Virus record (IMG/VR): IMGVR_UViG_3300021400_000034
Span: 1-64,000 of that record
Direction: 5' to 3' (one strand)
From: a virus
Lineage: Duplodnaviria > Caudoviricetes
DNA: 64,000 bases
Below, in pieces: positions 37,898 through 47,321 of this stretch. The translations under genes were made by a program, and so were the position numbers. The notes below the pieces were generated by a model. The model saw only the letters and a program-made list of their open reading frames with translations. It did no database searches and was not told where the DNA came from. Every line of letters starts with the position of its first letter. The first letter of the stretch is position 1.

Positions 37898-38444
37898 GAG
37901 AATCAATCTTCACGACTTCAGATGCGACGTCTATGACATGGCGTGCCGTCTCGGAGCAAATCAGGAAGCAGCTTATGAGTACGCGATGGGCATCGACACG
38001 GATCTCGCTAAGAGATGCACTGTTGAATCTCTCGCAAAAGAGTGCGCAAGAGAATATCCTTGCGAGAGCGTCAAGATGAGACAGGCGATGCGAGTCGACG
38101 AGTCTGAAGGATCTATGAGGAAGAACAACCTCCTCGATCTCAGAAATAACATCGACGTCGTTCTGGAGGTCAGAGATAAGCTTCTAGGCGACATGGAATG
38201 CCTTCAGTTCCGTGATGTTGACGAAGAGACAAACGGATACTGGGTGAAGGTTCCAGTGATCGACAAGGACGGCGAACACAGGAACGCTGCACTCGGCATC
38301 TACGTCTATGGCGGAAAGGGAATCACGGTCAACTTCAACAGCATGCAGTTCTTCCGCAAGCTTCCTGGCGCTTCCACGTACGAACAGGTGATGGACACGA
38401 TCGACGACGGCATGGAAGAGCTCGGCTACAAGCTCGACGTTTAG
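37890..38444 (+). CDS. Hypothetical late protein
   Basis: TATAAATA at 37852; 184 aa. Confidence 0.7.
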   Translation: MAKRINLHDFRCDVYDMACRLGANQEAAYEYAMGIDTDLAKRCTVESLAKECAREYPCESVKMRQAMRVDESEGSMRKNNLLDLRNNIDVVLEVRDKLLGDMECLQFRDVDEETNGYWVKVPVIDKDGEHRNAALGIYVYGGKGITVNFNSMQFFRKLPGASTYEQVMDTIDDGMEELGYKLDV

Positions 38445-38509
38445 TAAATAAAAATATACACTCCTCAACAAGTCTGCTCGTCTCAGGGCAGACTTTCTTG
38501 TTTTTACCG

Positions 38510-38538
38510 TTTACAGATCACTAGGATTTTCTTATATT
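38510..38538 (+). promoter_or_regulatory. Early promoter
   Basis: TTTACA-N17-TATATT, after a terminator hairpin at 38470-38505. Confidence 0.75.
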
Positions 38539-38561
38539 CTCTATATAGAACCTTCATCCAA

Positions 38562-38984
38562 ATGACCAGGATAGATGCATTGACACAAAAAGAAGCGATG
38601 AAAATCTTAGTGGAACAAGGATTTGAATTCGAGGATCCTGATGCATACAAGTGGCCGTCCATCTTCTTAGCTGATGAGCGAGTCGGAACTATGTATGACG
38701 ACGAAGTCTATCTCGCCCAGCACATGCCGAGCCTCTTCGACGGCAACTATCAGTCGACTTCGAAGAGCTGCATCAAGTACTCAGAGAGTCAGGAAGAAGA
38801 GAAGCTGCAGTACGCTATCGACAAGCTCAAGTACTCGCTCAGAGAGTACGAGAAAGAGAAGAGAAAGCTGCGCGTTAAGCGAGTACAAGAGTACTTCCAG
38901 CAGAGAAACGAAGCTTACAAGCTGATAGCGACGATGGAAGGAATTCAGACACGGATAGATACGTTGATAGAGAAACTCACATGA
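38562..38984 (+). CDS. RVxxVxxYF family paralog 1
   Basis: TQKEAMKIL..GF N-terminus; RVKRVQEYF. Confidence 0.75.
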   Translation: MTRIDALTQKEAMKILVEQGFEFEDPDAYKWPSIFLADERVGTMYDDEVYLAQHMPSLFDGNYQSTSKSCIKYSESQEEEKLQYAIDKLKYSLREYEKEKRKLRVKRVQEYFQQRNEAYKLIATMEGIQTRIDTLIEKLT

Positions 38985-39364
38985 ATCAAGTTGAAGGCTT
39001 TCACGTCGTTCCGGTCGGACCTGACGGCTATCCAGCGCCCGATCTAGCTTCCCCTCCAGTCAAGGTGCAGATCGGCGACATCTACCTGACTCAGTCGTCT
39101 GAGCGCACAGCATACACGGAGTGGATTCGCGCTGGATCTGAGTGGGTTCATGTCGGAGAGACTACATCAGACCTGTCCGAAGTCGACAGGCTGAAGAAGC
39201 AGCGCGTAAACTCTGTGCGTGACTACTTCCGCCAGAAGGAAGAGCAGTACAAGAAGCGCAAGAGATACGAGGCAGCGACAGAGCTAGTCAGCTTCTTCGA
39301 GGAGCACAATGCTGATCCTGAGCTCCATTCCGTCGTCAAGCATCTGTGGGAGGACATGAAGTGA
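38981..39364 (+). CDS. RVxxVxxYF family member 2
   Basis: ATGA coupling; RVNSVRDYF. Confidence 0.75.
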   Translation: MNQVEGFHVVPVGPDGYPAPDLASPPVKVQIGDIYLTQSSERTAYTEWIRAGSEWVHVGETTSDLSEVDRLKKQRVNSVRDYFRQKEEQYKKRKRYEAATELVSFFEEHNADPELHSVVKHLWEDMK

Positions 39365-39729
39365 CTAGAGACGAAGCTATAGAGTTCTTAGAGAACAACG
39401 GATTCACTGTAACTGATTTGTCCGTAGATGTAAAAGGAGGAATCATGACTCGTGTAATCACGCACAGATATACTCCAGAGCTCTCGGTCGGATTTCTCTT
39501 AGAAGATACTATCAAGCTGCGAATAGATGTCTTGCCTCCGATGGACACTCAGTGGACTGGAGAGCTGCTATACTCAGACGATGACGATCTCATACGTCGA
39601 CAGGTACTGAAGTTGAAGGCGCACATTCTCACACAAGACACGCGCCTGAGACGCCAGAGGGTAGAGAACATTCGCAAGTACTTCGGCTCACGCGCTCTTC
39701 TCGGAACAGGACAGGAGATGATGCTATGA
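39361..39729 (+). CDS. RVxxVxxYF family paralog 3
   Basis: GTGA coupling, GGAGG SD; TRDEAIEFL..GF; RVENIRKYF. Confidence 0.75.
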   Translation: MTRDEAIEFLENNGFTVTDLSVDVKGGIMTRVITHRYTPELSVGFLLEDTIKLRIDVLPPMDTQWTGELLYSDDDDLIRRQVLKLKAHILTQDTRLRRQRVENIRKYFGSRALLGTGQEMML

Positions 39730-40067
39730 CGATGGATGAAGCTCTGCAGATGCTGCTGGATAACGAGTTCACGTACGACAGGACGATCAACCAGATATAC
39801 TACGATGACGAGCGTGTCGGAGAACTTGCAGGAAATGTCCTCTGGCTGTGCGACTTCCAGCCATCTCTGATCAACTTATCGTTCCTGCAGGTACACAAGA
39901 CTATCATAAACTGCGTCGCAGAAGACTCAGAACGCAGGCTACGCGAGCAGATAGCGAACCTGCTGGACACACCGAGACGATATGAAGAGTTCTGCCAGAA
40001 TGAAAAGATAGGGAACATGAAGAAGTACTTCGAAGACCGAGCGATCGTGAAGAGGTGGATGGTATGA
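39726..40067 (+). CDS. RVxxVxxYF family paralog 4
   Basis: MTMDEALQML; KIGNMKKYF. Confidence 0.75.
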   Translation: MTMDEALQMLLDNEFTYDRTINQIYYDDERVGELAGNVLWLCDFQPSLINLSFLQVHKTIINCVAEDSERRLREQIANLLDTPRRYEEFCQNEKIGNMKKYFEDRAIVKRWMV

Positions 40068-40477
40068 CCGAAGCTGAAGCGTTAGAGATTCTCAAGAAGC
40101 ACAACATACACAGAGGGAACTATGACACTGAGCGCCTGTTTCTACTAGAGGGTGACGAGATTCTCGGCGAACATATAGGAGAGATCGCTAACGGCTACAT
40201 CTACATCGCTGACTACATACCCAGTGTCATTGGAAAGACATACCCGTCCGTCTCTGACACATCTGTTCTGCTGTCTAACCCAGACGCTCCAGCAGTTCTC
40301 AACAGGATGCTCGATCGGCTAAAAGATTCAGCAGAGCGGTATGAGGAAGAGATCAGACGCAAGAGAGTCTCTGACATCCACCAGTACTTCCTCAAGCGCA
40401 ACATGAAGATCAAGATCCTTCCTCCAGACGTAGAGATCCCAGATCCGCCAGACGAGGGCACTCTCTACTTCAGATAG
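40064..40477 (+). CDS. RVxxVxxYF family paralog 5
   Basis: MTEAEALEIL; RVSDIHQYF. Confidence 0.75.
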   Translation: MTEAEALEILKKHNIHRGNYDTERLFLLEGDEILGEHIGEIANGYIYIADYIPSVIGKTYPSVSDTSVLLSNPDAPAVLNRMLDRLKDSAERYEEEIRRKRVSDIHQYFLKRNMKIKILPPDVEIPDPPDEGTLYFR

Positions 40478-40501
40478 GTAGAGTTTTTGTTCACAAAAGG
40501 G

Positions 40502-40530
40502 TTTAGATTTCTCACAGATTTACCTATATT
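40502..40530 (+). promoter_or_regulatory. Early promoter
   Basis: TTTAGA-N17-TATATT; AGGACC leader. Confidence 0.75.
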
Positions 40531-40562
40531 AGCTGTGTAAACCTCAACACATAGGACCAACC

Positions 40563-41027
40563 ATGAGCATACACGACCTGCTTGACAAGTCGAGAGGACC
40601 GCTTCCTGGAAGCGTCGCGAACAACCGCAAGTTCGTGATCAAATATATGCGCAATCACGGGTTCGAAGTCAAGGAAGACGCTCAGAGCGAATATCCCAAT
40701 AAGTACTTGTACTATCTGCGTGGTGAGTTCGTGGCGTGGTCATATGAGAACATCATGTATCTCCAGCCAGTTCTGCCATCGCTCGTCGATATGGGCATTC
40801 TGGCGCAGAGAAGAAAGACCGAGATACCGTTCGATCTGCCAGGCATCGAGGTCCACAATCGTCTGCAAGCTGCTGTGATGGAACTCAAGAACAGCGCATC
40901 GTCTTATGATGAGCTAGTCAAGAAGTCTAGAGTGCAGAAGGTACGAGAGTACTTCAAGTACAGGAATATCGCAAAGCAAGATGTAAGAGAGTACAACAGA
41001 CTCATGAAAGGGCTGATGAGGATATGA
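40563..41027 (+). CDS. RVxxVxxYF family paralog 6
   Basis: RVQKVREYF. Confidence 0.75.
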   Translation: MSIHDLLDKSRGPLPGSVANNRKFVIKYMRNHGFEVKEDAQSEYPNKYLYYLRGEFVAWSYENIMYLQPVLPSLVDMGILAQRRKTEIPFDLPGIEVHNRLQAAVMELKNSASSYDELVKKSRVQKVREYFKYRNIAKQDVREYNRLMKGLMRI

Positions 41028-41377
41028 ATCGAGAAGAGACATTGAGAATCCTGAAGTGGCACGGCTTCGATGTAGATGGTCTTGACTTCATCTGGTACAA
41101 AAGCGACCGGATAGGAGAGCTCTCGGGAGCCTTGCTCATGCTAGTAGACTACATTCCTTCTGAGATCGATGCAGACTATCGAGCCGTCGACAAGACTATC
41201 ATAAACATAAACAACCATGACTCGATAGAACGCTTAGAGCATCAGGTCAACTTGATATACAACACACGTAGACGATGGGAAGAGCACTTGCGCAAGTCAC
41301 GCCTCCAGCGAATGCGCAAGTACTTCAAAAATAAGAGAATATCCGCTGAGTACTCACAGAAGGAGATGACTGTATGA
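41024..41377 (+). CDS. RVxxVxxYF family paralog 7
   Basis: MNREETLRIL.WHGF; RLQRMRKYF. Confidence 0.75.
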   Translation: MNREETLRILKWHGFDVDGLDFIWYKSDRIGELSGALLMLVDYIPSEIDADYRAVDKTIININNHDSIERLEHQVNLIYNTRRRWEEHLRKSRLQRMRKYFKNKRISAEYSQKEMTV

Positions 41378-41715
41378 CGCTGAACGAAGTATACGAGTAC
41401 CTGAAGATGAACGGCCTTCCAGTCACCTTCCACGACGACAATACGCGCATAAGGCTGGAGGGATCGACCGCAGCTCTCGAAAACATAGTGTTTCTCAAGG
41501 TTTACATGAACAATAATGACATGTCCTGCACTGTAGCTAACGAGCCTTTCGTCTTGCTCGTTGAAGCTACGTACCGAGATCTCGACAAGCTAGTCGATTC
41601 GTATATAGAGCACTGCGATCACGACAGAGCTAAGAGAATACGTGTGTCTAGACTGAGATACGCTGTAGATCTGCACCAGAGGCAGACAGTCTACAGGCAG
41701 ACACAGACCGTCTGA
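41374..41715 (+). CDS. RVxxVxxYF family degenerate member 8
   Basis: MTLNEVYEYL..NG; RIRVSRLRY. Confidence 0.65.
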   Translation: MTLNEVYEYLKMNGLPVTFHDDNTRIRLEGSTAALENIVFLKVYMNNNDMSCTVANEPFVLLVEATYRDLDKLVDSYIEHCDHDRAKRIRVSRLRYAVDLHQRQTVYRQTQTV

Positions 41716-42340
41716 CCCTCTGAGAAGAAGATGATCCTCCTCTATATCTACTCCTCCATACCCCTCATAGGAAGACCAGTATTGGCACCTTTCTAGACCC
41801 CTTTCTTGGCCATATAACCCGGCCTAAAACCGGCATATTTCCCGGGTCCCAGTAGAAACTCATCGCACTCTCGAAAAATTGTATTAAGGCATATAGGGTA
41901 TCTACCCCTCCTCTCTCCCTACCCCTCCCCATATCGCACCGACTCCCGCTCACTCACGCGTGAAGAAATTTCCCCAAAATTTTTTCGCAGAATCCGCAGG
42001 GTCACCGCACGGAATCCGAAGAACTCCTCTAACACCTCTAAACCCCTCTAACCCCTGCTAATGTTAGGTCGCGTGAAATTTTTTTCCAAAAAAATTTTTT
42101 CCAAAAATTTTGGAAGATGTTGAAGATGATGAAGATGCGCTGAATCTTAGATCGCGAAGAAATTTTTCCAAAAAATTTTTCAGAAAATTTTTGGGCGATT
42201 TTGTTCCATATAGCGCATTTCTCGTGAGATAGCGGAACAACTGTCGTCCCCGCTGATCTTGATAGAATGTAAACTTCTCGTTACAATGAGAAACCCAAAC
42301 CGACCCAGATGATGTTGATGATGAAGATGATGAAGATTGA
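41716..42340. repeat. Non-coding locus with A/T-tract repeats, C-tracts and GATGATGAA repeats (origin/packaging-site candidate)
   Basis: CGCG(T)GAA...AAATTTT..CCAAAA.TTTT three times (~41957, ~42070, ~42153); CCTCTAA repeats 42026-42061; GATGTTGA.GATGA.GA.GATG at ~42116 and ~42311. Confidence 0.6.
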
Positions 42341-42396
42341 AAATATTTCTTTACAACAATTCGGGTTTAGCTGTTCTGGAGGAAATTCTATATTCA

Positions 42397-42714
42397 ATGA
42401 TGAACCTGAACGAGAGGCTAATAGTGAACATGGGAGACTTCGACACACTAGACGAGCTCGAGCGAGAGCCCACTGAGGAAGAGATCCGAGCAGATCGCGC
42501 TGCGAACGTTCGTGAGTACTTCAGGACCAAGAGGGACGGAGAGGAGTTCCGTCCGGTCTCCGAAGAGAGGAAGCGCTATGTCTTCACTGACACGTTCGAC
42601 GACTTCAAGGAGTTCACGTCGACGATCGAAGAGAAGTCTCAGGCAGTCGAAGAAGCTATCGATACCGTGGGCGCTACGATAGGATATCTCTTGACTAAGG
42701 ACTCTTTCATCTGA
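42397..42714 (+). CDS. RVxxVxxYF family member 9
   Basis: RAANVREYF; TTTAGC-N17-TATATT promoter at 42366-42394; start uncertain. Confidence 0.65.
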   Translation: MMNLNERLIVNMGDFDTLDELEREPTEEEIRADRAANVREYFRTKRDGEEFRPVSEERKRYVFTDTFDDFKEFTSTIEEKSQAVEEAIDTVGATIGYLLTKDSFI

Positions 42715-42804
42715 CAGCTCTTCAATAGACGCGAAGAGAACAGGTCTAGGCATCAAAAAGTTCTATATATAAGTAAAAGCGAAACTGAATGGAGACTTTT
42801 ACTT

Positions 42805-43362
42805 ATGGCTGAAGAGAATTTGAGCTGTCCGCTGAGCATGGCGGAGCTGACTGTCGCTAACAAGACTATCGTAGAGCTGCACGACTGGTGCACCCAGAGA
42901 AACGAGAAGCCGTATCCGGACGCAGTCCTGTCGGTCGCTATCGCGATCAACTGCTATCTGCTGAGCGGTCCAGCGAACCAGATCAGGTCGTCTATCTTCA
43001 AGCGCGAGAGTCTCCCCGAGTGGAACGAGTGGCTCAAGGCTGAGCGCGGATGCGTAGAGAAGTGGGCCGACAGAGACAATCAGGGCGAGATCAAGAGAGA
43101 CGGAAAGGGACTTCCTGTCGTCAACGAGAACGCCGTCGAGTTCAACAAAGAGATCGAAGAGCTAGCGCACAGCGAGCAGTTCAAGACGATGTGGGACACC
43201 ATCGACGCTAAGGAAGAAGAGAACCGCAAGATCGAGCAGAGCGCTTCCGTCGTGAAGGTCTGCTGTCTCGACGCGTTCGATCACGCGCCACGAGACATGG
43301 TGCCCCGTCTGCTCTCCGTCCTGATGGGCAAGACCGTGATGAAGATCATGAAGGAAGCGTAG
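42805..43362 (+). CDS. Hypothetical protein
   Basis: GGAG SD; 185 aa. Confidence 0.7.
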   Translation: MAEENLSCPLSMAELTVANKTIVELHDWCTQRNEKPYPDAVLSVAIAINCYLLSGPANQIRSSIFKRESLPEWNEWLKAERGCVEKWADRDNQGEIKRDGKGLPVVNENAVEFNKEIEELAHSEQFKTMWDTIDAKEEENRKIEQSASVVKVCCLDAFDHAPRDMVPRLLSVLMGKTVMKIMKEA

Positions 43363-43364
43363 AA

Positions 43365-44126
43365 GTGTCTGGAGTGTTCGAGCAAGACTGGCTGTGCAGC
43401 ACCGTTCGTCCCTGTCCGCAGTACTGCGAGGCGGGAGCTCCGGGATCGCCGACTTCTTCTCCCGACCAAGCGATGTCGGCGAGAGTAGCGATCGAGGGCG
43501 TTGATCTCTACGGGCTGAAGATGGCCTACTATCCCGTCGACGAGAAAGACTATCGAGACGGCGCTACCGCTATCGATCCTCTATTCGGAGAGCACCAGCT
43601 GGAGACGATCGACCGGTGCTTCTGGTTCATGGGATACGTATCGCAGCTGCCTCCGAACGTCAGGACGTACCAGCTCCAGGGCATCTGGGGCGAAGACGTG
43701 GTCCAGCTGTACGTCGCGACTGAAGCTTTTCTGTACTTCAGCACCTACGGCGGAGCCGACCGGAACACTCCAGAGATCCACGACAAGATGCCGCCGCGCA
43801 TCGGAGACGTCGTCTACATTCCCAACAACGACACTCTGTACGAGATCGTCGACGTGAAGAACTGGGAAGAGGCGTTCGGCTTGAAGCCGCGATACAAGAC
43901 TATCACGATGCGCGTCTACAAGGACTCGAAGCGCACCGTCTCCGACGACCCGAGCATACCCGCAGACGACGTCATCCGTAAATATAGTCCGAGCGAGATA
44001 CCAGCAGACAGGCCGACGAACGACTCGCTCAAGCTGCCGATGAACAGAGCTGAAGACCTGCCAGAGAGAATTCCAGACGACACGAAGGTCGACTTGTTCG
44101 ACTGGGAGTGGAAGGAGAAGCGTTGA
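43365..44126 (+). CDS. Neck protein gp14-like
   Basis: EGVDLYG...YYP...DPLFGE...GIWGED...PRIGDVVYIP...LYEIVDV. Confidence 0.78.
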   Translation: MSGVFEQDWLCSTVRPCPQYCEAGAPGSPTSSPDQAMSARVAIEGVDLYGLKMAYYPVDEKDYRDGATAIDPLFGEHQLETIDRCFWFMGYVSQLPPNVRTYQLQGIWGEDVVQLYVATEAFLYFSTYGGADRNTPEIHDKMPPRIGDVVYIPNNDTLYEIVDVKNWEEAFGLKPRYKTITMRVYKDSKRTVSDDPSIPADDVIRKYSPSEIPADRPTNDSLKLPMNRAEDLPERIPDDTKVDLFDWEWKEKR

Positions 44127-44668
44127 GAAGCCGATTCGACGAAGAAGATGATGACGGCGAAGTCCCAGATGACTGGGAAGGCGAGCCTTTCGAAGACGAA
44201 GAGGAAGAAGCCGCCTTCAAGTTCCGCGACTTGTGCGTGAAGCAGATCTCCCGCGACTTGGGAGAGCTGAGTACGCGTGAGCTGCTAGAGTTTCTCATCT
44301 GGGAGATGGAGCGTCTCCAGTACACCGAGAAGACAGAGCTATGTCTCATCGGGATAACCTTCGACAAGCAGTACATCCTCGAGTTCTACAACGTACGCGA
44401 AGACAAGACCGTGAAGACTGGAACGATGGCGGGAAACATATACAGCCTGATCGACGGCTGGATCTTGAAGACGCTCTCTGAGCTCTACATCGACGCGCTC
44501 TACAGCGACTTGCAGGACTTAGAGGCGACTGATCTCGTCGATCCGATACTCAACATCATGCTCGACATCGAGCAGTGGAAGCAAGAACAGGGCTTCGACG
44601 GCGAAGCCCCAGACGATGATAAAGATGAAGACGATCCAGAGATCATTCCGGGATCCGAACAGCCCTGA
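44108..44668 (+). CDS. Acidic hypothetical protein
   Basis: D/E-rich termini; start uncertain. Confidence 0.6.
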   Translation: MEGEALRSRFDEEDDDGEVPDDWEGEPFEDEEEEAAFKFRDLCVKQISRDLGELSTRELLEFLIWEMERLQYTEKTELCLIGITFDKQYILEFYNVREDKTVKTGTMAGNIYSLIDGWILKTLSELYIDALYSDLQDLEATDLVDPILNIMLDIEQWKQEQGFDGEAPDDDKDEDDPEIIPGSEQP

Positions 44669-45056
44669 GATAGTTCTCTGGCACGTTGTGCATGACCGTT
44701 CCTGCGGGAGTCTTCTTGTCTCCTTTCGTCACTTTGACGGTCCACAGCTGGACGTGATCGATCTCTAGACCCTTGTCGATGACTTGGTAGAGGCACTCGT
44801 CCTTAGGATCAAGAGCGTCTACGCACGTAGCGCCGACCTCCATTGTGGCGGTTTCCAGCGCTTGTACGGACGTCTTTTCTTTAACCTGTGCGGTTACACC
44901 AGCCTCAGCAGAATCGCTCTTAGACAGCGCTTTTGCAGTCTTTACGGCTTCCTCTAGCGGGTTCTTGACCCAGCCAGGCGTTCTCGGATTGGTCACGATC
45001 TTCTTGATGGCGTCTACGATGATCTTGAGCTGCTGCTTCTCGACTGAAGTTTCCAT
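44643..45056 (-). CDS. Hypothetical protein (METSVEKQQ...)
   Basis: ATG at 45056 with GGAG SD on the minus strand; phage-like codons. Confidence 0.65.
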   Translation of the reverse strand: METSVEKQQLKIIVDAIKKIVTNPRTPGWVKNPLEEAVKTAKALSKSDSAEAGVTAQVKEKTSVQALETATMEVGATCVDALDPKDECLYQVIDKGLEIDHVQLWTVKVTKGDKKTPAGTVMHNVPENYLRAVRIPE

Positions 45057-45143
45057 GTCTATCTCCAAGTTTTTGAGATTTCTCTCTTGAGAATCCTTGA
45101 TTGCACTTATATTTATGATGTACCCGCAACAAAGGAGACCGTG

Positions 45144-45335
45144 ATGATCAATGAACACAAGCCCGCCGGATTCGCTAGCTGGACCGCCTTCTACAACGAG
45201 AGTGAAGCGGCTGCAGATCGAAAGGCTAGCGTGCTCGGAGCGCTGAGGGCTGCAGTCATGATCGTCGGCGGATCTCTCTTCGTCATCGGCGCTCTCTGGG
45301 TCGGAGCTTTCCTCGACTTCGTCAGCGCCCACTAG
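45144..45335 (+). CDS. Small membrane protein
   Basis: CAACAAAGGAG leader; C-terminal hydrophobic helix. Confidence 0.6.
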   Translation: MINEHKPAGFASWTAFYNESEAAADRKASVLGALRAAVMIVGGSLFVIGALWVGAFLDFVSAH

Positions 45336-45472
45336 AGTCTCTGCCACGCCCGAGCGTCTAACCCCGTTGACGCGAAGGCAATCGCTCCGGAGAGACCGTC
45401 CTTTTAGAAGCATTTTGGGACGGTCTCTCCATCTGTGTTCAGTATAAATAAACTAGAACATCGGAGAAGAAG

Positions 45473-45811
45473 ATGGAGCAGCTAATTCTGAAAGGAATAG
45501 AGACCAATTCCCTAGGGCTCGTCATCAGCGCGATTCTGACGCTGACGCTCTACTACGTCATCAAGAACCAGCGGGAGAAGACTTCTGTCAAACGAGACAA
45601 GCAGAATCACGACGTGGAAGTGAAGATGGCGCTGCAGGACAAAGATATCGAGACGCTGAAAGAGCAAGTCGTTCAGCTGGCTGGTCGCTGGGACTTCATC
45701 CAAGATCTTCTGAGCAAGATCAACGAGAACCTCTCCGGAATCCGTGAGAAGATCTCTAATCTGGACGACAGAATCGACCGACTAGAGCGCTTGAAGGATC
45801 GCGAGCACTAA
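45473..45811 (+). CDS. Single-TM coiled-coil late protein (holin-like)
   Basis: TATAAATA at 45443; N-terminal TM helix followed by heptad repeats. Confidence 0.55.
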   Translation: MEQLILKGIETNSLGLVISAILTLTLYYVIKNQREKTSVKRDKQNHDVEVKMALQDKDIETLKEQVVQLAGRWDFIQDLLSKINENLSGIREKISNLDDRIDRLERLKDREH

Positions 45812-46137
45812 AATAATGAAAAAATGATGTTCGCGACTGTTTAGAGACATCCGCATATATACTATATTCAATATTGGAAGTGGTTGAGCAAGCCACTCCT
45901 TAACAACTTGCGCCCTGGAGGCAACTATGAGCAACATACAAGAACTTCTTGACCGAGATCTCACGGATCACGAGCGAGACGCCATAGTTATAGTGTACCA
46001 TCAGCAAGTCGTCGAATGGCTGTTGGACGCTATCGTGTACCCGCTCCTATACATAATCTCGCTATGGTGCGGATTCAACTTCGTGGACCGCTTCATTTGA
46101 GAATTCGCGGAGAGAACTTATATTTTAGAGTACTAGT

Positions 46138-46998
46138 ATGACTAGAGACTTTGAAACATCAGAGATGAACGACTACCTCCGAGGGACTCTCAAAGACTGC
46201 CCTCCGATGTCACGTCGAGAGGAAGATGCGGTCATCGACATTATGCTCGACGAGACTAAGAGCCGAAAGGTTCGACTTCTCGCTCGAAACAAGCTCATCA
46301 GCTCTCACAGCCGATTAGCTTACAAGATCGCTATGGAGAAAGCCCGAGGCTGCGGCAGATCCGTAGCGGATCTATATCAAGCTGCACAGTTCGGAATGAT
46401 TCTCGCTACCTTGAAGTACGAGAAGAAGTACGGAGTCAGGTTCACTTCATTCGCTGTGTGGTGGATCCTGCAGCAGATCAACTGGGAGATCTACATCGCG
46501 AACGACGCAGTCCACGTTCCGAAGTACACTAAGGACAAGCTCAGAGACCTGCTGAAGAACAAAGGAAAGCTCGATCTGTCTCCGATCGAGATAAGAGAGT
46601 TCCAGATCTACGCTAACGCTCCAGTCGTCTCGATCGATCATCCGATCGCTGGATCCGAGTTCGGAGACCGTGAGGGAATGACTTACGCTGACACCATCGA
46701 AGCAGACTATCGTGAGATCGAGCGTGTATTCACGAAAGATGAAGACGAGAAGCTCGGCGAGATAATCAAGGGAGCTCTGAACGAGAATGACTTGAAGATA
46801 TTGAGAGACACTTACGTGAACGGCTACACTCAAGAAGAGATGGGCAACTTACTAGGTCTGTCTGGAGAGAGAATGCGCCAGAAGAAGAACAGGGCCGTCA
46901 TGAGGGCGCAGAGCGCACTGAGGAAGCTGATGAGGGAGAAAGACTTCATCTACACCAACAAGTGCGATGAGATGTGCGTAAAGGACATTCTGGAATGA
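46138..46998 (+). CDS. Sigma-70 family RNA polymerase sigma factor
   Basis: Region 1.2 YL...PPMSRREE; region 2 RNKLI..H.RL, DLYQ...G, Y....GVRFTSFAVWWI.Q.I; region 4 TQEEMG..LGLSGERMRQ. Confidence 0.9.
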   Translation: MTRDFETSEMNDYLRGTLKDCPPMSRREEDAVIDIMLDETKSRKVRLLARNKLISSHSRLAYKIAMEKARGCGRSVADLYQAAQFGMILATLKYEKKYGVRFTSFAVWWILQQINWEIYIANDAVHVPKYTKDKLRDLLKNKGKLDLSPIEIREFQIYANAPVVSIDHPIAGSEFGDREGMTYADTIEADYREIERVFTKDEDEKLGEIIKGALNENDLKILRDTYVNGYTQEEMGNLLGLSGERMRQKKNRAVMRAQSALRKLMREKDFIYTNKCDEMCVKDILE

Positions 46999-47300
46999 CG
47001 TTCAACTATGAATTAACAAAGAAGGCAAGAGGTACCGAGATGATGAAGATGTACGCAGTCGTCAGAAACTTCCTGGAAGACTACTTCAAGGGAGCACGCA
47101 ACGACAAGTTCTATCGTCCGTCATTCGCTGACAATCCTAGATCGCTGTGGTTCGGACTATCCGAGTCGGAGCGAGAATCCGTACTTGACATGGCCCGTCG
47201 CGGTGACAAAGCTTCGCTAGACCGCATGCTAAGCAAGATGGATGAAGAGGAAGATGAAAAAGACAAGGCAGCGAAAAGAGACGAGCTTTTCAAAATGTAG
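46995..47300 (+). CDS. Hypothetical protein
   Basis: ATGA coupling to the sigma gene. Confidence 0.6.
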   Translation: MTFNYELTKKARGTEMMKMYAVVRNFLEDYFKGARNDKFYRPSFADNPRSLWFGLSESERESVLDMARRGDKASLDRMLSKMDEEEDEKDKAAKRDELFKM

Positions 47301-47321
47301 ATTTAGATCAAGGAGATCAGT

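Noticed and set aside
41716-42340. CRISPR array
   Set aside because: Repeats are low-complexity, unequal and irregularly spaced; no constant repeat-spacer period
45057-45413. N-terminal extension of the minus-strand 256-aa ORF
   Set aside because: Overlaps a plus-strand gene and promoter; the SD-supported start is ATG 45056
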